NCBI GenBank assembly: GCA_965226795.1 | Contig: CBDDDZ010000005.1 | Location: 2,432,001 to 2,496,000, forward strand | From: Candidatus Latescibacterota bacterium | Lineage (GTDB): Bacteria > Latescibacterota > UBA2968 > GCA-2709665 | Length of the DNA: 64,000 nucleotides | Reading direction: 5' to 3' | Shown here: positions 17,986-27,959 of the stretch, in pieces | Position numbering within the stretch: the first letter of the stretch is position 1 | How the letters are laid out: the number at the start of each line of letters is the position of its first letter | Notes under the pieces: generated by a model | The model's database searches: none | What the model saw: the letters and a program-made list of their open reading frames with translations, nothing else | Told to the model about the DNA's origin: nothing | Translations under genes and position numbers: made by a program

Positions 17986-18660
17986 CTAAAGCATGGAACC
18001 CATCGCAGGCGGGCCGGTATTGCGCCTGCGCGGCCTCAGGTTACCTATTCTGTGCATCACCTCGCTACTGATGGAATGATACGCGGCCCGCCGCCTGGCG
18101 GGCAACCCGGTTGGAGATACGCAAACCGGTTTACCGAACCGCACCGTCACGCGGTTAAGACCGATCAGACTCGTCCAGATGTTGACCGTACCGGAAATGT
18201 AGACCGGAACCACGGGAACCCGCGCCCGGTAAGCCAACATACCGACGCCGTCCTTGGGCGGCCTCAGTCTGGATGTCTTGTTACGCGTGCCCTCCGGCGA
18301 AATAAACATCGCACCGCCGGCCCTGAGACACTGTTCGATACACCGCAATGCGCCCCGGTCCCCACGAGACCGGTCGATTGGCATCGCGTTCAGCTTCCGA
18401 ATCAGCCAGCCGAGAATCGGAACGGGAAACGCTTCCTGCTTGGTAACATACGAAAGTTCACGGCCCGCCGCAACTCCGATAAATACGGCATCCGCAAAGG
18501 AAGCATGGTTACTCGCCAGAATGACGCCGCCCCGGCGCGGCACAAAATGACCGCCGGCGACACGGAGCCGAAACAGGCAGATGCATGCTCCGGCGCCAAG
18601 CGCCCAGATGAACCGATAGAAGAGATTGCCCGGTCGCCCGGTGTAAATGTCTGTCCGCAT
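17986..18660 (-). CDS. plsC: 1-acyl-sn-glycerol-3-phosphate acyltransferase
   Basis: NHASFAD (HxxxxD), PIDR, PEGTR. Confidence 0.9.
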   Translation of the reverse strand: MRTDIYTGRPGNLFYRFIWALGAGACICLFRLRVAGGHFVPRRGGVILASNHASFADAVFIGVAAGRELSYVTKQEAFPVPILGWLIRKLNAMPIDRSRGDRGALRCIEQCLRAGGAMFISPEGTRNKTSRLRPPKDGVGMLAYRARVPVVPVYISGTVNIWTSLIGLNRVTVRFGKPVCVSPTGLPARRRAAYHSISSEVMHRIGNLRPRRRNTGPPAMGSML

Positions 18661-18679
18661 CGTGAGCCCGTGGATCTCC

Positions 18680-19360
18680 TTAAAGGCCGCGTTCGCGCGC
18701 AAGCTCCACCACGCGGGCGACCTGTGCATCGATACTCAGGCCGGTGGTATCCACCTCTATTGCATCCGAAGCCGGCCACGATCCGGAACGCCGCTGCGTG
18801 GCCCTGTCACGCGCGTCACGCGCGTGAATCTGAGCCGTCAACACATCCAGAGGCGTCCGTTCGCCTCGATCAAGCAAAGCCCGTTGCTGCCGCAGCGCCC
18901 GTTCAGCGACATCCGCGACGAGAAACACTTTCAGATCCGCGCCAGGAAAAACCGCCGTTCCCGTATCCCGGCCTTCAAGCACGATACCTCCGTCGGCGCC
19001 CATCTCCTTCTGGCGCGCCACGAGGATCTCTCGAACCGCGGTGTGCACGGCCACCCGGGAGGCGGCATCGGCAACTTCCGGAGTACGGATCCTGCCGGTC
19101 ACGTCCTCGCCGTCGATCAGAACCCGCTGGCCGCCGTCCTCCAGCCGAAAATCAAATTTCAACGATGCGGCCGTCTCGGACGACGCGGTCGCATCGTCCG
19201 GGCTGACACCCTTACAAATCAGGGTCCATCCCAGCGCGCGGTACATGGCGCCGGTATCCAGATAAAGATATCCCAGCCTGTTGGCGACACACTGAGCCGT
19301 TGTACTCTTGCCCGACCCCGCAGGACCGTCGATGGCAATCACGATTCCCCTTTTGCCCAT
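18680..19360 (-). CDS. cmk: Cytidylate kinase
   Basis: IAIDGPAGSGKST, YLDTGAMYR, EGRDTGT; cmk-plsC-rpsA synteny. Confidence 0.96.
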   Translation of the reverse strand: MGKRGIVIAIDGPAGSGKSTTAQCVANRLGYLYLDTGAMYRALGWTLICKGVSPDDATASSETAASLKFDFRLEDGGQRVLIDGEDVTGRIRTPEVADAASRVAVHTAVREILVARQKEMGADGGIVLEGRDTGTAVFPGADLKVFLVADVAERALRQQRALLDRGERTPLDVLTAQIHARDARDRATQRRSGSWPASDAIEVDTTGLSIDAQVARVVELARERGL

Positions 19361-19382
19361 CACAACCCTCCGCCCTCGATTG

Positions 19383-20132
19383 CTACGGAATCGGTTTCCC
19401 TCCATCCGCGCCGACACGTCGCGCATCCGGCGCTACGCCCGCCCCGCGGGGGTCGGAGACCGTTCCAGACCCGTCTTCGGCGCCGGCACCCGGATTCCCC
19501 GCCTCCCCCTCCGGGCGGACCATCGGTTCCAGGAGACCGCCTGGAGAAGACGCCGCGGCTGCCTTGTCGGTCAGCAACTCATCCAATTCCCGGACCTTTG
19601 GCAGATCCGACAACGTCTTCAGTCCGAAGTGCTTTAAAAAGTCCCGCGTCGTTCCATAAAGCAGCGGCCTTCCGGGGGCGTCCGACCGGCCGGCGATGCG
19701 GATCAATCCCCTCTCGAGCAGGTGCCGCACCACCCCGTCCACCGACACCCCGCGAATGTGTTCCACCTCGGCCTTCATAACCGGCTGCTTGAATACGATG
19801 ATGGCAAGCGTTTCCAGGGCTGCCGACGACAGACGGACGGGCGCCTTTTCTTTCAGAAGTCGCCGTATCCATGCGCCGTATTCCGAATGCACCATGAACT
19901 GGAATCCGCCGGCGATTTCCGAGATTTTAAAGCTGCGCCCGGTCCGGCCGTACTGCTCGTTCAGGTCTTCCACGTACGCACGCACGTCTCCAGGCCGCAG
20001 CCCATCCAGTATCGAAGCTATCTGGCTGGCGCCCAGCGGTCTGTCCGACGCCATCAACAACGCCTCCAGAATACCCTGATTGCGCGCGTCTTCATCCGAC
20101 GCGACCGGGTTTATGCCATACGATTCGCGCAT
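19383..20132 (-). CDS. scpB: SMC-Scp complex subunit ScpB
   Basis: LSSAALETLAII..KQP, EHIRGV, PGRPLLYGTT..FLKHFGL. Confidence 0.97.
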   Translation of the reverse strand: MRESYGINPVASDEDARNQGILEALLMASDRPLGASQIASILDGLRPGDVRAYVEDLNEQYGRTGRSFKISEIAGGFQFMVHSEYGAWIRRLLKEKAPVRLSSAALETLAIIVFKQPVMKAEVEHIRGVSVDGVVRHLLERGLIRIAGRSDAPGRPLLYGTTRDFLKHFGLKTLSDLPKVRELDELLTDKAAAASSPGGLLEPMVRPEGEAGNPGAGAEDGSGTVSDPRGAGVAPDARRVGADGGKPIP

Positions 20133-20216
20133 AGAAAGGATACGAGATTGGATTGAATTCCCAATCGACTGAAGCAGCTTCGGGCCCGTGACGCGCGGCC
20201 GATGGACGTATCACGG

Positions 20217-21020
20217 TCAGTGTTCGGACGCCGATTCCGAACCAGGCTCTGATTTATCCTCATCACGTCCGTAAACCCAGATTTCGCCTTCCGATTCGCT
20301 CTGTCTGGCAAGGGCCCGCCCGGTCTTGATCAGTTCGAGCAGGGCGATGAATGTGACAATGAGGACTATTCGCGGTAGACCGGAGACCAGATCCGAGAAC
20401 TGAACCCGATGCTTTTTTTCCAGTATGTCCAGGACGACCTCCATTCGTTCTTCGGTCGTCACTTCCAGCTGATGAACGTCGTGGTAATCTGCTTTCGGCG
20501 CAGCGATGAGGGCCATTCTGAACGACGCCATCAGATCGAACAGACTCACCGAGCCGCAGGTTGCCAACGGATCCTGTTCGACCTCGTCGATTTCTCCGGT
20601 ATCCAGTGCGGCCCCCCGGTAAAAGCAATCCCGATGCAAATCCTGCTTATCTTCGAGCCAGTTGGCCACTTCTTTGAATTGCTGGTATTCCAGCAGGCGC
20701 CGAACCAGTTCTTCTCTGGGATCCTCTTCCTCCTCGTCCGCATCGGGATCTGCAGGCAGCAACATGCGTGACTTGATCTTCATCAGGGTGGCCGCCATGA
20801 CCAGAAAATCTCCGGCAGGTTCCAGATTGAGCGTCTGCATCACTTCGACAAACTCCAGAAACTGCCGTGTGACATCGGCGATGGGGATATCGTAAACGTC
20901 GATCTCATTCTTGCGAATCAGAAAAAGCAGCAGATCCAGCGGTCCTTCGAAAACATCCAGCTTCACCCCGTAGGCGTCGCCCCCGGCGTTTCCCTGAATT
21001 GCCAGCGATTCGGCACTCAT
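20217..21020 (-). CDS. scpA: Segregation/condensation protein ScpA
   Basis: FEGPLDLLLFLI, FLVMAATL..IKS, TFIALLEL. Confidence 0.97.
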   Translation of the reverse strand: MSAESLAIQGNAGGDAYGVKLDVFEGPLDLLLFLIRKNEIDVYDIPIADVTRQFLEFVEVMQTLNLEPAGDFLVMAATLMKIKSRMLLPADPDADEEEEDPREELVRRLLEYQQFKEVANWLEDKQDLHRDCFYRGAALDTGEIDEVEQDPLATCGSVSLFDLMASFRMALIAAPKADYHDVHQLEVTTEERMEVVLDILEKKHRVQFSDLVSGLPRIVLIVTFIALLELIKTGRALARQSESEGEIWVYGRDEDKSEPGSESASEH

Positions 21021-21124
21021 TGGAGAAATCTCCCCTGACGTTTTGCCGGTTCCCCAACCTGGTCTTTACGCGGGGCGGAGAACTGATGTATCCCCGCGCG
21101 GTTCCGGCTCCTGGAGCCCGCGCT

Positions 21125-21634
21125 TCAATCCATAAACAGATACGGCCGCCACCGACGGTCCGGCACTCCGATCAACTGGCTGATGGAGGTGACCGTGCTG
21201 GGCTTGCGAGGTCGGCGCAACAGATTGATTCCGGCCTGTTCCGGCGTTTGATTGCCCTTGAGATTATTGCAGGGCAGACAGGCACACACCAGATTCTCCC
21301 ACGTGTCCCGTCCGTTTCCGGTACGGGGAACCACATGGTCGACTGTCATTGGACCCTTCCGGGTACCGCAATACTGGCACCGATGTCCATCCCGTTTCAG
21401 GACGTTTTTTTTGGAGAGTGCGAGTTGTTTGGGGGCAACGCGAACGTAAAGCCCGAGGCGTACGACACTGGGCACCGGAAACCGTTCGGAAACCGTTCGG
21501 ACATACAGATCCAACGCTTCAATGACCTCTGCCCGCCCACGAAACACGAGAACAATAGCCCGCCGTACGCTACACACCTGGATGGGTTCGTAACTCTGAT
21601 TCAGAACCAGAACCGGCCGGTTTAGCAATGGCAC
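21125..21634 (-). CDS. HNH endonuclease (McrA/COG1403 type)
   Basis: VLVLNQSYEP, RDGHRCQYCG, TVDHVVP, WENLVCAC..CNN.KG. Confidence 0.92.
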   Translation of the reverse strand: MPLLNRPVLVLNQSYEPIQVCSVRRAIVLVFRGRAEVIEALDLYVRTVSERFPVPSVVRLGLYVRVAPKQLALSKKNVLKRDGHRCQYCGTRKGPMTVDHVVPRTGNGRDTWENLVCACLPCNNLKGNQTPEQAGINLLRRPRKPSTVTSISQLIGVPDRRWRPYLFMD

Positions 21635-21766
21635 ACACCCCCTTTTGCAGCAGCCCGGGGCGAAATAGACTGAACGCCGCTGAAGCCGTCGGCCTGCACT
21701 ACAGATGATCCGTTCCGTCGCCGTCACCAGACCGGCCATGCCCGCAGGATTTCACTTAAAAGAAGA

Positions 21767-21795
21767 AAAATAAAGCCTTTATAATACCATGTCAA
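21767..21795 (-). promoter_or_regulatory. Sigma70 promoter for the HNH-scpA-scpB-cmk-plsC run
   Basis: TTGACA-N17-TATTTT on the minus strand. Confidence 0.6.
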
Positions 21796-21925
21796 GCGTT
21801 TACGACGCACCGGAAATTAAGACCGCCTGGGCACGTCTGCCCCGGATCGGCGACCCGTGGGGCGATCTTGAACACTCGGGTCGTCGAGCCCCCGTCGGTG
21901 ATGGATCGGAGGGCTTAATTGGCTG

Positions 21926-22312
21926 CTATCGCTCTTCGATAAGTTCGCCATAGGCCTGCGGGCTGAGAAGCGATTCGAGTTCGTCACCGTTGGTTATCCG
22001 AACCACGATCATCCAGCCCTCACCGTATGGATCCGAGTTGATCGGAGCCGCATCCTCGCCGAGTTCCTCGTGAACCTCGAGCACTTCGCCCGACACGGGC
22101 GCGAAAAGGTCTTCCACCGTCTTCACCGCCTCGATCGTCCCAAAGGCCTCGCCCTGCTCGATCTGATCTCCCGGTTCCGGCAATTCGGCAAAGACGATAT
22201 CGCCCAACTCACCCTGCGCATAGTCTGTGATGCCAATCGTGCACCGTTCACCCTCGATACGTATCCATTCGTGCTCTGCAGTGTACAGGAGGCCTTCCGG
22301 AATCTCCGACAT
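21926..22312 (-). CDS. gcvH: Glycine cleavage system H protein
   Basis: HEWI, GITDYAQ..LGD, EAVK (lipoyl Lys), DPYGEGW. Confidence 0.97.
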   Translation of the reverse strand: MSEIPEGLLYTAEHEWIRIEGERCTIGITDYAQGELGDIVFAELPEPGDQIEQGEAFGTIEAVKTVEDLFAPVSGEVLEVHEELGEDAAPINSDPYGEGWMIVVRITNGDELESLLSPQAYGELIEER

Positions 22313-22413
22313 GATTCTTGACTCCCGATAATAAAGAATACTGAAAATGTTCCGCGTGGGTCGCTCGCCGTCCCGACTGTTGTTACCTTAATTGTCCGGG
22401 GTCCCCCCGAAGC

Positions 22414-23772
22414 TCAACCTCCATACCCCAACCTGGCCACGAATTCCGTGTCGATCCGACCCTGACGAAAATCGGAATGCCGCATCGCTCTGAGATGAAA
22501 TGGAATGGTTGTAGGGATTCCCTCGATCACGAATTCCTCGAGCGCACGGACCATGCGCACCGTTGCTTCCTCACGGGTGTCTCCATACGCCAGCAACTTG
22601 GCAAGGAGCGAATCATAGTGGGAGGGGACACGATAGCCGGCATATGCATGTGAATCGATCCGGATGCCCGGCCCGCCCGGCGCATGGAAAGTGCTGATTT
22701 CCCCCGCGAACGGTCGGAAGTTGTGGTCGGGATCCTCCGCGTTAATGCGGCATTCGATGGCGTGCCCCGACGGCTGTACGTCTACCTGGGCAAACGGAAG
22801 CGGCTCTCCCGCGGCCACCCGGATCTGGGTCTTCACCAGATCGATTCCCGTTACCATCTCCGTGACCGGATGCTCGACCTGAATGCGGGTATTCATTTCC
22901 ATAAAATAAAAGCGCCCCGAAGCATCCAGCAGGAATTCCACGGTTCCGGCGCCCGAATATCCCACCGCCCTGGCCCCCGCAACGGCTTCTCTTCCCATCC
23001 GCCCGCGCAGGTCCTCGTCGACCACGGGCGAAGGAGACTCCTCGATCAGCTTCTGATGACGCCGCTGGATGGAACACTCACGCTCACCCAGATGAACGAT
23101 GTTGCCGGCCTGGTCGCCCATAACCTGAATTTCTATGTGTCGGGGCGCCACGATTTCCTTTTCCAGATAAAGCGTGCCCGACGTAAACGCGGCGGACGCC
23201 TCGGCCTGCGCCGCATTCCAGGCCCGCTCGAGGCCCTCCGCCGAGTTCACGGTGCGCATGCCCCTTCCGCCACCCCCGGCAACTGCTTTCACGCGAATCG
23301 GGTAACCGATCTCTTCGGCGGACCGCTCCGCCTCGTTAAGTGTGTGCAATACCCCCGTGCCGGGCGCTACCGGCACGTCCGCGGCCAGCATCGTTTCCCG
23401 CGCGACGGCTTTGTCACCCATCCTGCGAATGGCCTCCGGCGACGGTCCAATGAACACAAAGCCGCACGAAGCGCACATCTCGGCAAAATCCGCGTTCTCG
23501 GCCAACGGACCGTACCCGGGGTGAATCGCATCGGCGTTGGTCACTTCCGCGGCGCTCAGAATACGCGGGATGTTCCGATAGCTCTGGTCTCCGGGAGGCG
23601 GCCCGATGCAGACATCCTCGTCGGCAACACCGATATGCAGTGAATTGGCATCGGCCTCGGAATGCACCGCGATTGTCCGGATGCCGAGTTCCTTGCATGC
23701 CCGGATGACACGCACGGCGATTTCGCCCCGGTCGGCAATAAGGATTTTATCGAATAAGGGAGTGGATGACAC
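22414..23772 (-). CDS. accC: Biotin carboxylase
   Basis: [46 protein letters not shown]. Confidence 0.97.
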   Translation of the reverse strand: MSSTPLFDKILIADRGEIAVRVIRACKELGIRTIAVHSEADANSLHIGVADEDVCIGPPPGDQSYRNIPRILSAAEVTNADAIHPGYGPLAENADFAEMCASCGFVFIGPSPEAIRRMGDKAVARETMLAADVPVAPGTGVLHTLNEAERSAEEIGYPIRVKAVAGGGGRGMRTVNSAEGLERAWNAAQAEASAAFTSGTLYLEKEIVAPRHIEIQVMGDQAGNIVHLGERECSIQRRHQKLIEESPSPVVDEDLRGRMGREAVAGARAVGYSGAGTVEFLLDASGRFYFMEMNTRIQVEHPVTEMVTGIDLVKTQIRVAAGEPLPFAQVDVQPSGHAIECRINAEDPDHNFRPFAGEISTFHAPGGPGIRIDSHAYAGYRVPSHYDSLLAKLLAYGDTREEATVRMVRALEEFVIEGIPTTIPFHLRAMRHSDFRQGRIDTEFVARLGYGG

Positions 23773-23825
23773 GATTGGTTCGGTGGGAAGGCGGCCGGAA
23801 CCGCCGCAGGGGTGAAAGAAGCGCT

Positions 23826-24299
23826 TTATAGCGGTTCTATTAGGAAAAGAGGTGTATTGTACTCGACGGGATTGCCATTCTCAACAAGGACTCGAACCAC
23901 CCGACCTTTTGCGTCGGCTTCGATTTCGTTCATTATTTTCATGGCTTCGATTATGCAGATGGTCTGTCCGACCGACACGACATCCCCCTCCTCCACAAAG
24001 GCCGGCGAGTCCGGATTGGGAGCACGATAGAACATGCCTACCATGGGCGAACTAATGCTGTGCAACCCTTCAGTCTCGTCCGGTTCGGCGGAAGCGGACT
24101 CATGGTCGGCATCGGCCGGCTGCGAAGCGGTATGAACCTGAGCGACCGGCTGAAACGCGGCTGCATCGATGCCGGCGGCAACGCGTATTTTTCGAAGCCC
24201 CAGAATCCCACGTTCGATTTCAATCTCCCGGACCTTGTCTTCTCCGACCAGTTCGATCAACTGCTGAAGGGTCTCCATGATGTTTTTGGAGAGTTTCAC
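23826..24299 (-). CDS. accB: Biotin carboxyl carrier protein
   Basis: SPMVGMFY and IEAMK biotinylation motif; GTG start after GAAGGAG. Confidence 0.96.
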   Translation of the reverse strand: MKLSKNIMETLQQLIELVGEDKVREIEIERGILGLRKIRVAAGIDAAAFQPVAQVHTASQPADADHESASAEPDETEGLHSISSPMVGMFYRAPNPDSPAFVEEGDVVSVGQTICIIEAMKIMNEIEADAKGRVVRVLVENGNPVEYNTPLFLIEPL

Positions 24300-24391
24300 G
24301 CGTGCTCCTTCGAAAAAACAACAGCCGGCAGTATAGGGATCGGGGCGTGCCGGCCGAAGTGCCACCCATCCCGATTCCCGACGTTTCCGTA

Positions 24392-24949
24392 TCAGATTCG
24401 TTCTACGTACGTTTCCGTTCGGGTATCTATTTTCAAAACGTCGCCCCGTTCCACGAAAAGGGGCACCTGGACCGAAGCCCCTGTTTCCAGTACGGCCGGT
24501 TTACTTCCGCCGCTGGCGGTGTCTCCCCGCAGCCCGGGGTCCGTTTCCGTCACCGCCAGTTCGACAAAAATCGGCAACGCCACACTCACAGCGTTTTGCT
24601 CAGCGACCAGAATCTCCAGAATCTCGTTCTCTTTCAAATACTTGACTGCGTTTCCCATCACCTCTGGAGGCAGTTCATACTGATCGTACGTCTCATTATC
24701 CATAAAACAGTAAAGATCGCCGGGCTTGTAGAGGAATTGCATCTTCCGCCGTTCCAGCCGAACATCGTCCACCTTGTCGCCGGAACGAAACGTCCGGTCA
24801 ATCATTGCGCCCGTCTTCACACTCTTGAGACGGGTGCGTACGACGGCCGCGCCCTTGCCGGGTTTAAAGTGTTCGAATTCGACCATAAAATAGAGAACGC
24901 CGTCCAGGCGCAAGACCATACCATTTCTGAACTCAGACGTTGTGACCAT
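24392..24949 (-). CDS. efp: Elongation factor P
   Basis: KPGKG, PGLRGDT, VPLFV; efp-accB-accC synteny. Confidence 0.98.
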   Translation of the reverse strand: MVTTSEFRNGMVLRLDGVLYFMVEFEHFKPGKGAAVVRTRLKSVKTGAMIDRTFRSGDKVDDVRLERRKMQFLYKPGDLYCFMDNETYDQYELPPEVMGNAVKYLKENEILEILVAEQNAVSVALPIFVELAVTETDPGLRGDTASGGSKPAVLETGASVQVPLFVERGDVLKIDTRTETYVERI

Positions 24950-24958
24950 TTTTCGAAA

Positions 24959-25711
24959 TTATCCTCCCGCGCACATTCCATTCATCTGCTGAAGTTCCTT
25001 CAGCCGTTTCTTTATCGGCTCATTCTCGGGTTCACGCTCACAGACTTGCGCCAGGACAGCTACAGCTTCTTCTATCAGTCCTTGCGCCACGTACAGCTCG
25101 GCAAGGGTCGAGGTTGCAATCGGCGCAATTCCAGCGTCGGATTCGGAAGTCGCGGCCGCATCCTTACCCGGGCCGCGTTGGTCCGGAAGGTCCCGCAACA
25201 GGAGGGGAAAATTCTCGCGTTCCGCCCGGGAATCGTTTTTCGCGGCGGTTTCATCTGACGCCAGGCGACCCGGCTCATCGCCGGGCCCGGATTCGGAGGC
25301 CGGTTCGTCTTCTCCCCGGGCAACGGCACCGATCTCGGAAACCAGCACGCGGCTTAACGGATCGACCGTCAGGGCATACCTGAAATACTGAAGCGCCTGT
25401 TCCTCGAAGCCCATCCTTCTTTCGATCTTGCCGAGCAGCCAGTAGGCCGCCGGATTGTCCCGATCCAGCACGAGCGTGTCGTGAAATGCCTGCCGGGCTT
25501 CTACCAACCGTCCGGCCGCCATGTGGCATCTGCCCATGACGAGATGGCCGGTTGGATAAAACGGGCGGTATCTGAGGCCCTTCCGACAGATCTCCGTTGC
25601 CAGGTCCACGTTGCCCGATCGCAGCATCTCATCGGCGAGGCGCGCAAACAGGATAGACGCAGGATTCCTGCTGCAGATTCTCTCGAGCCTTGCAACAGAT
25701 GTGGCCGTCAT
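24959..25711 (-). CDS. Tetratricopeptide repeat protein
   Basis: NPASILFARLAD, TPR helices, C-terminal ATSTLAELYVAQG; start at ATG 25711 chosen. Confidence 0.8.
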   Translation of the reverse strand: MTATSVARLERICSRNPASILFARLADEMLRSGNVDLATEICRKGLRYRPFYPTGHLVMGRCHMAAGRLVEARQAFHDTLVLDRDNPAAYWLLGKIERRMGFEEQALQYFRYALTVDPLSRVLVSEIGAVARGEDEPASESGPGDEPGRLASDETAAKNDSRAERENFPLLLRDLPDQRGPGKDAAATSESDAGIAPIATSTLAELYVAQGLIEEAVAVLAQVCEREPENEPIKKRLKELQQMNGMCAGG

Positions 25712-25729
25712 CGTCTCACCACCCCGTCC

Positions 25730-25847
25730 AGTGTCCCATCCCAGAAATATGTTACCATTCGGCCGCCGATTCATCCCGTCTCGCTGCGTTCCCAGCCGGG
25801 CGACTCGGCGGCCGAATTTCGGCAATCTATTTCCGGGACAGAACACT
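25730..25847. mobile_element. 118-bp MITE-like palindromic element
   Basis: 27-bp imperfect terminal inverted repeats (20/27) and an internal perfect 13-bp inverted repeat; a matching terminus recurs at 50678-50704. Confidence 0.7.
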
Positions 25848-25859
25848 AAACCGGAGGGA

Positions 25860-25888
25860 AGTATAGGAAAAAGCCCAACGCTTGTCAA
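25860..25888 (-). promoter_or_regulatory. Near-consensus sigma70 promoter for TPR-efp-accB-accC
   Basis: TTGACA-N17-TATACT on the minus strand. Confidence 0.8.
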
Positions 25889-26278
25889 GGCCGCCACATA
25901 GCGCCCGTTCGCCGCGTTCCGCGCCGGTCCAATGCCGTCAAATGGTCCCACGTTGGCATTCGTCCGATTCGAACTCCGGAGCCGTTGTACGTAATGTAAA
26001 AAACTCTGCGAAAAATATGCTACGAAATCCTCGCTGCCGCCGGCCGCATTCCATACTCTCCCGAATCGAACGAGTCTCGGATCACATTCGCGGGCAAACC
26101 GGTCTTCCACCCAGCGACACAGGCTTGTTTTCCGGCGCGTCGAGCCTGAAGCCTGCCGGAATCGCCGTCGATACGGCGTTCAGAGTGGTGCTTTCAATCC
26201 CGACACGGATACGTATTCCGCTGCAATCCGTTTCGATTCGACGCCTGACCGCCGGGTCGGAATTTCCCTGGAATTGCC

Positions 26279-26307
26279 TTGTGCGAATATGGGTGATATG
26301 CTATATT
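26279..26307 (+). promoter_or_regulatory. Sigma70 promoter for the chromate transporter-bioB-mnmG run
   Basis: TTGTGC-N17-TATATT with a TG extension. Confidence 0.5.
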
Positions 26308-26352
26308 CTATGCCGTTTCAGGCTCATGCCCAATCCGCTCAGGGAGGCGGTT

Positions 26353-26874
26353 ATGGAACTCGTCAAGTTATTTGTGTCGTTCACAAAGGTCGGTATTTTC
26401 GCTTACGGGGGCGGGCCATCCATGATCCCGCTGGTACAGGAGGAAGTCGTCGACGTACACGGCTGGATGACCATTGAGGAGTTTACCGACGCTCTCGCTA
26501 TGGGATATGCGCTTCCCGGTCCCATTGCCACGAAAATGGCCGCCTATATCGGTTACCAGGTCGCACAGACCCCGGGTCTGATCGTGGCCCTTCTGGGCAC
26601 GGTCTTTCCCTCCCTCATCCTGATGATGACTTTGGGCCTGTTCTTCATGGCGTATAAGGGCGCGCCAGCCGTCCAGGCAATGCTCAAAGCCGTCCGGCCG
26701 GCGGTTGTCGGCCTCCTTCTCGTGGTGGTCTGGCAAATGGCGCCCAAGTCAGTGACTTCATGGCACACGGGCCTGATCGCCCTGGCGGCTTTTGTCGCCA
26801 TCCATTTCCTGAACCTTCATCCGGCCGTCGCGATCGTCAGCACGGCGGTTCTGGGCCTGGCAATCTACCGTTAA
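26353..26874 (+). CDS. Short-chain chromate transporter (CHR family)
   Basis: FTKVGIFAYGGG, EVVD.HGW, ALPGPIAT, GYQVA, RPAVVGL. Confidence 0.9.
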   Translation: MELVKLFVSFTKVGIFAYGGGPSMIPLVQEEVVDVHGWMTIEEFTDALAMGYALPGPIATKMAAYIGYQVAQTPGLIVALLGTVFPSLILMMTLGLFFMAYKGAPAVQAMLKAVRPAVVGLLLVVVWQMAPKSVTSWHTGLIALAAFVAIHFLNLHPAVAIVSTAVLGLAIYR

Positions 26875-26916
26875 TGTGGTGACACCGGCATCACCCTCTC
26901 GGGAGCTTGAGTTCGA

Positions 26917-27930
26917 ATGAAGGACTACTTGATACTTGAACGCAAAGCGCTGAAAAACAATCCCTTAACAACGCTGGAGATGCTGGCGGTGCTCAATACG
27001 CCAAACGAAGACCTGCTCCGGCTGATCCACGCGGCATATAGGGTCCGCCATCGTTATTTTGGAAACAGAGTGCGCCTGCACGTTTTACAGAACGCCAAGA
27101 GCGGACTGTGTCCGGAAGACTGCGCCTACTGTTCCCAATCTTCAGTGTCGACCGCGGACATCAGTAAATATCCGCTGTTGCCACGAGAACGAATCCTCGA
27201 CGGCGCCAGAAAGGCCAAGGCGGGAAGGGCCCTCCGCTATTGCATCGTCACCAGCGGAAGAGGCCCCAACCGCAGAGAGGTGGAAACCGTTGCCGACATC
27301 GTACGTGAAGTCAAACAAACCGTCGATATCGACATCTGCTGCTGTATGGGGCTGCTGGACGAAGCACAGGCCAGAACGTTGAAAGCAGCCGGTGTCGACC
27401 GGATCAATCACAACCTGAACACCAGTGCCCGGCACCATCCCAAGATCTGTACCACCCACACCTACACGGACCGGCTGAATACGCTTCAGGCGGTCAAGGC
27501 TGCCGGTCTCGAGACCTGTTGCGGGGGAATCATCGGGATGGGAGAGTCCCGGCAGGATATCGTCGACCTGGCCATGGCCGTCCGGAAACTGGACATCGAT
27601 TCGATCCCTGTCAACTTTCTGCACCCCGTAGAAGGCACGCCCCTCGCCGGGTGTGAACCGACGACGCCGCAGGATGGCCTGAAGGCCCTTTGCCTGTTCC
27701 GCTTTGTCAACCCGAACAAAGAAATCCGGATTGCCGGCGGGCGGGAACACACGCTCCGATCCCTCCAGGGCCTGGCCCTCTATCCGGCGAACTCCGTCTT
27801 TATGGAAGGCTATCTGACTACCGGGGGACAGTCCACTTCGGAAACCCATCGTCTGATCGAGGATATGGGATTCGAAGTCGAAGAGAAGCGGAAGACAGAG
27901 GGCAAATCAAATGTGCTGGTTTGCGATTAA
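26917..27930 (+). CDS. bioB: Biotin synthase
   Basis: [43 protein letters not shown]. Confidence 0.97.
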   Translation: MKDYLILERKALKNNPLTTLEMLAVLNTPNEDLLRLIHAAYRVRHRYFGNRVRLHVLQNAKSGLCPEDCAYCSQSSVSTADISKYPLLPRERILDGARKAKAGRALRYCIVTSGRGPNRREVETVADIVREVKQTVDIDICCCMGLLDEAQARTLKAAGVDRINHNLNTSARHHPKICTTHTYTDRLNTLQAVKAAGLETCCGGIIGMGESRQDIVDLAMAVRKLDIDSIPVNFLHPVEGTPLAGCEPTTPQDGLKALCLFRFVNPNKEIRIAGGREHTLRSLQGLALYPANSVFMEGYLTTGGQSTSETHRLIEDMGFEVEEKRKTEGKSNVLVCD

Positions 27931-27959
27931 AAGCGCACTCGCGACACCTACGTCAACTT

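Noticed and set aside
16840..19206. 788-aa plus-strand ORF
   Set aside because: Antisense shadow of rpsA, plsC and cmk, with no motifs.
25712..26352. Long N-terminal extensions of the TPR and CHR ORFs
   Set aside because: The region contains two promoters and a MITE, and better SD-associated starts lie downstream.
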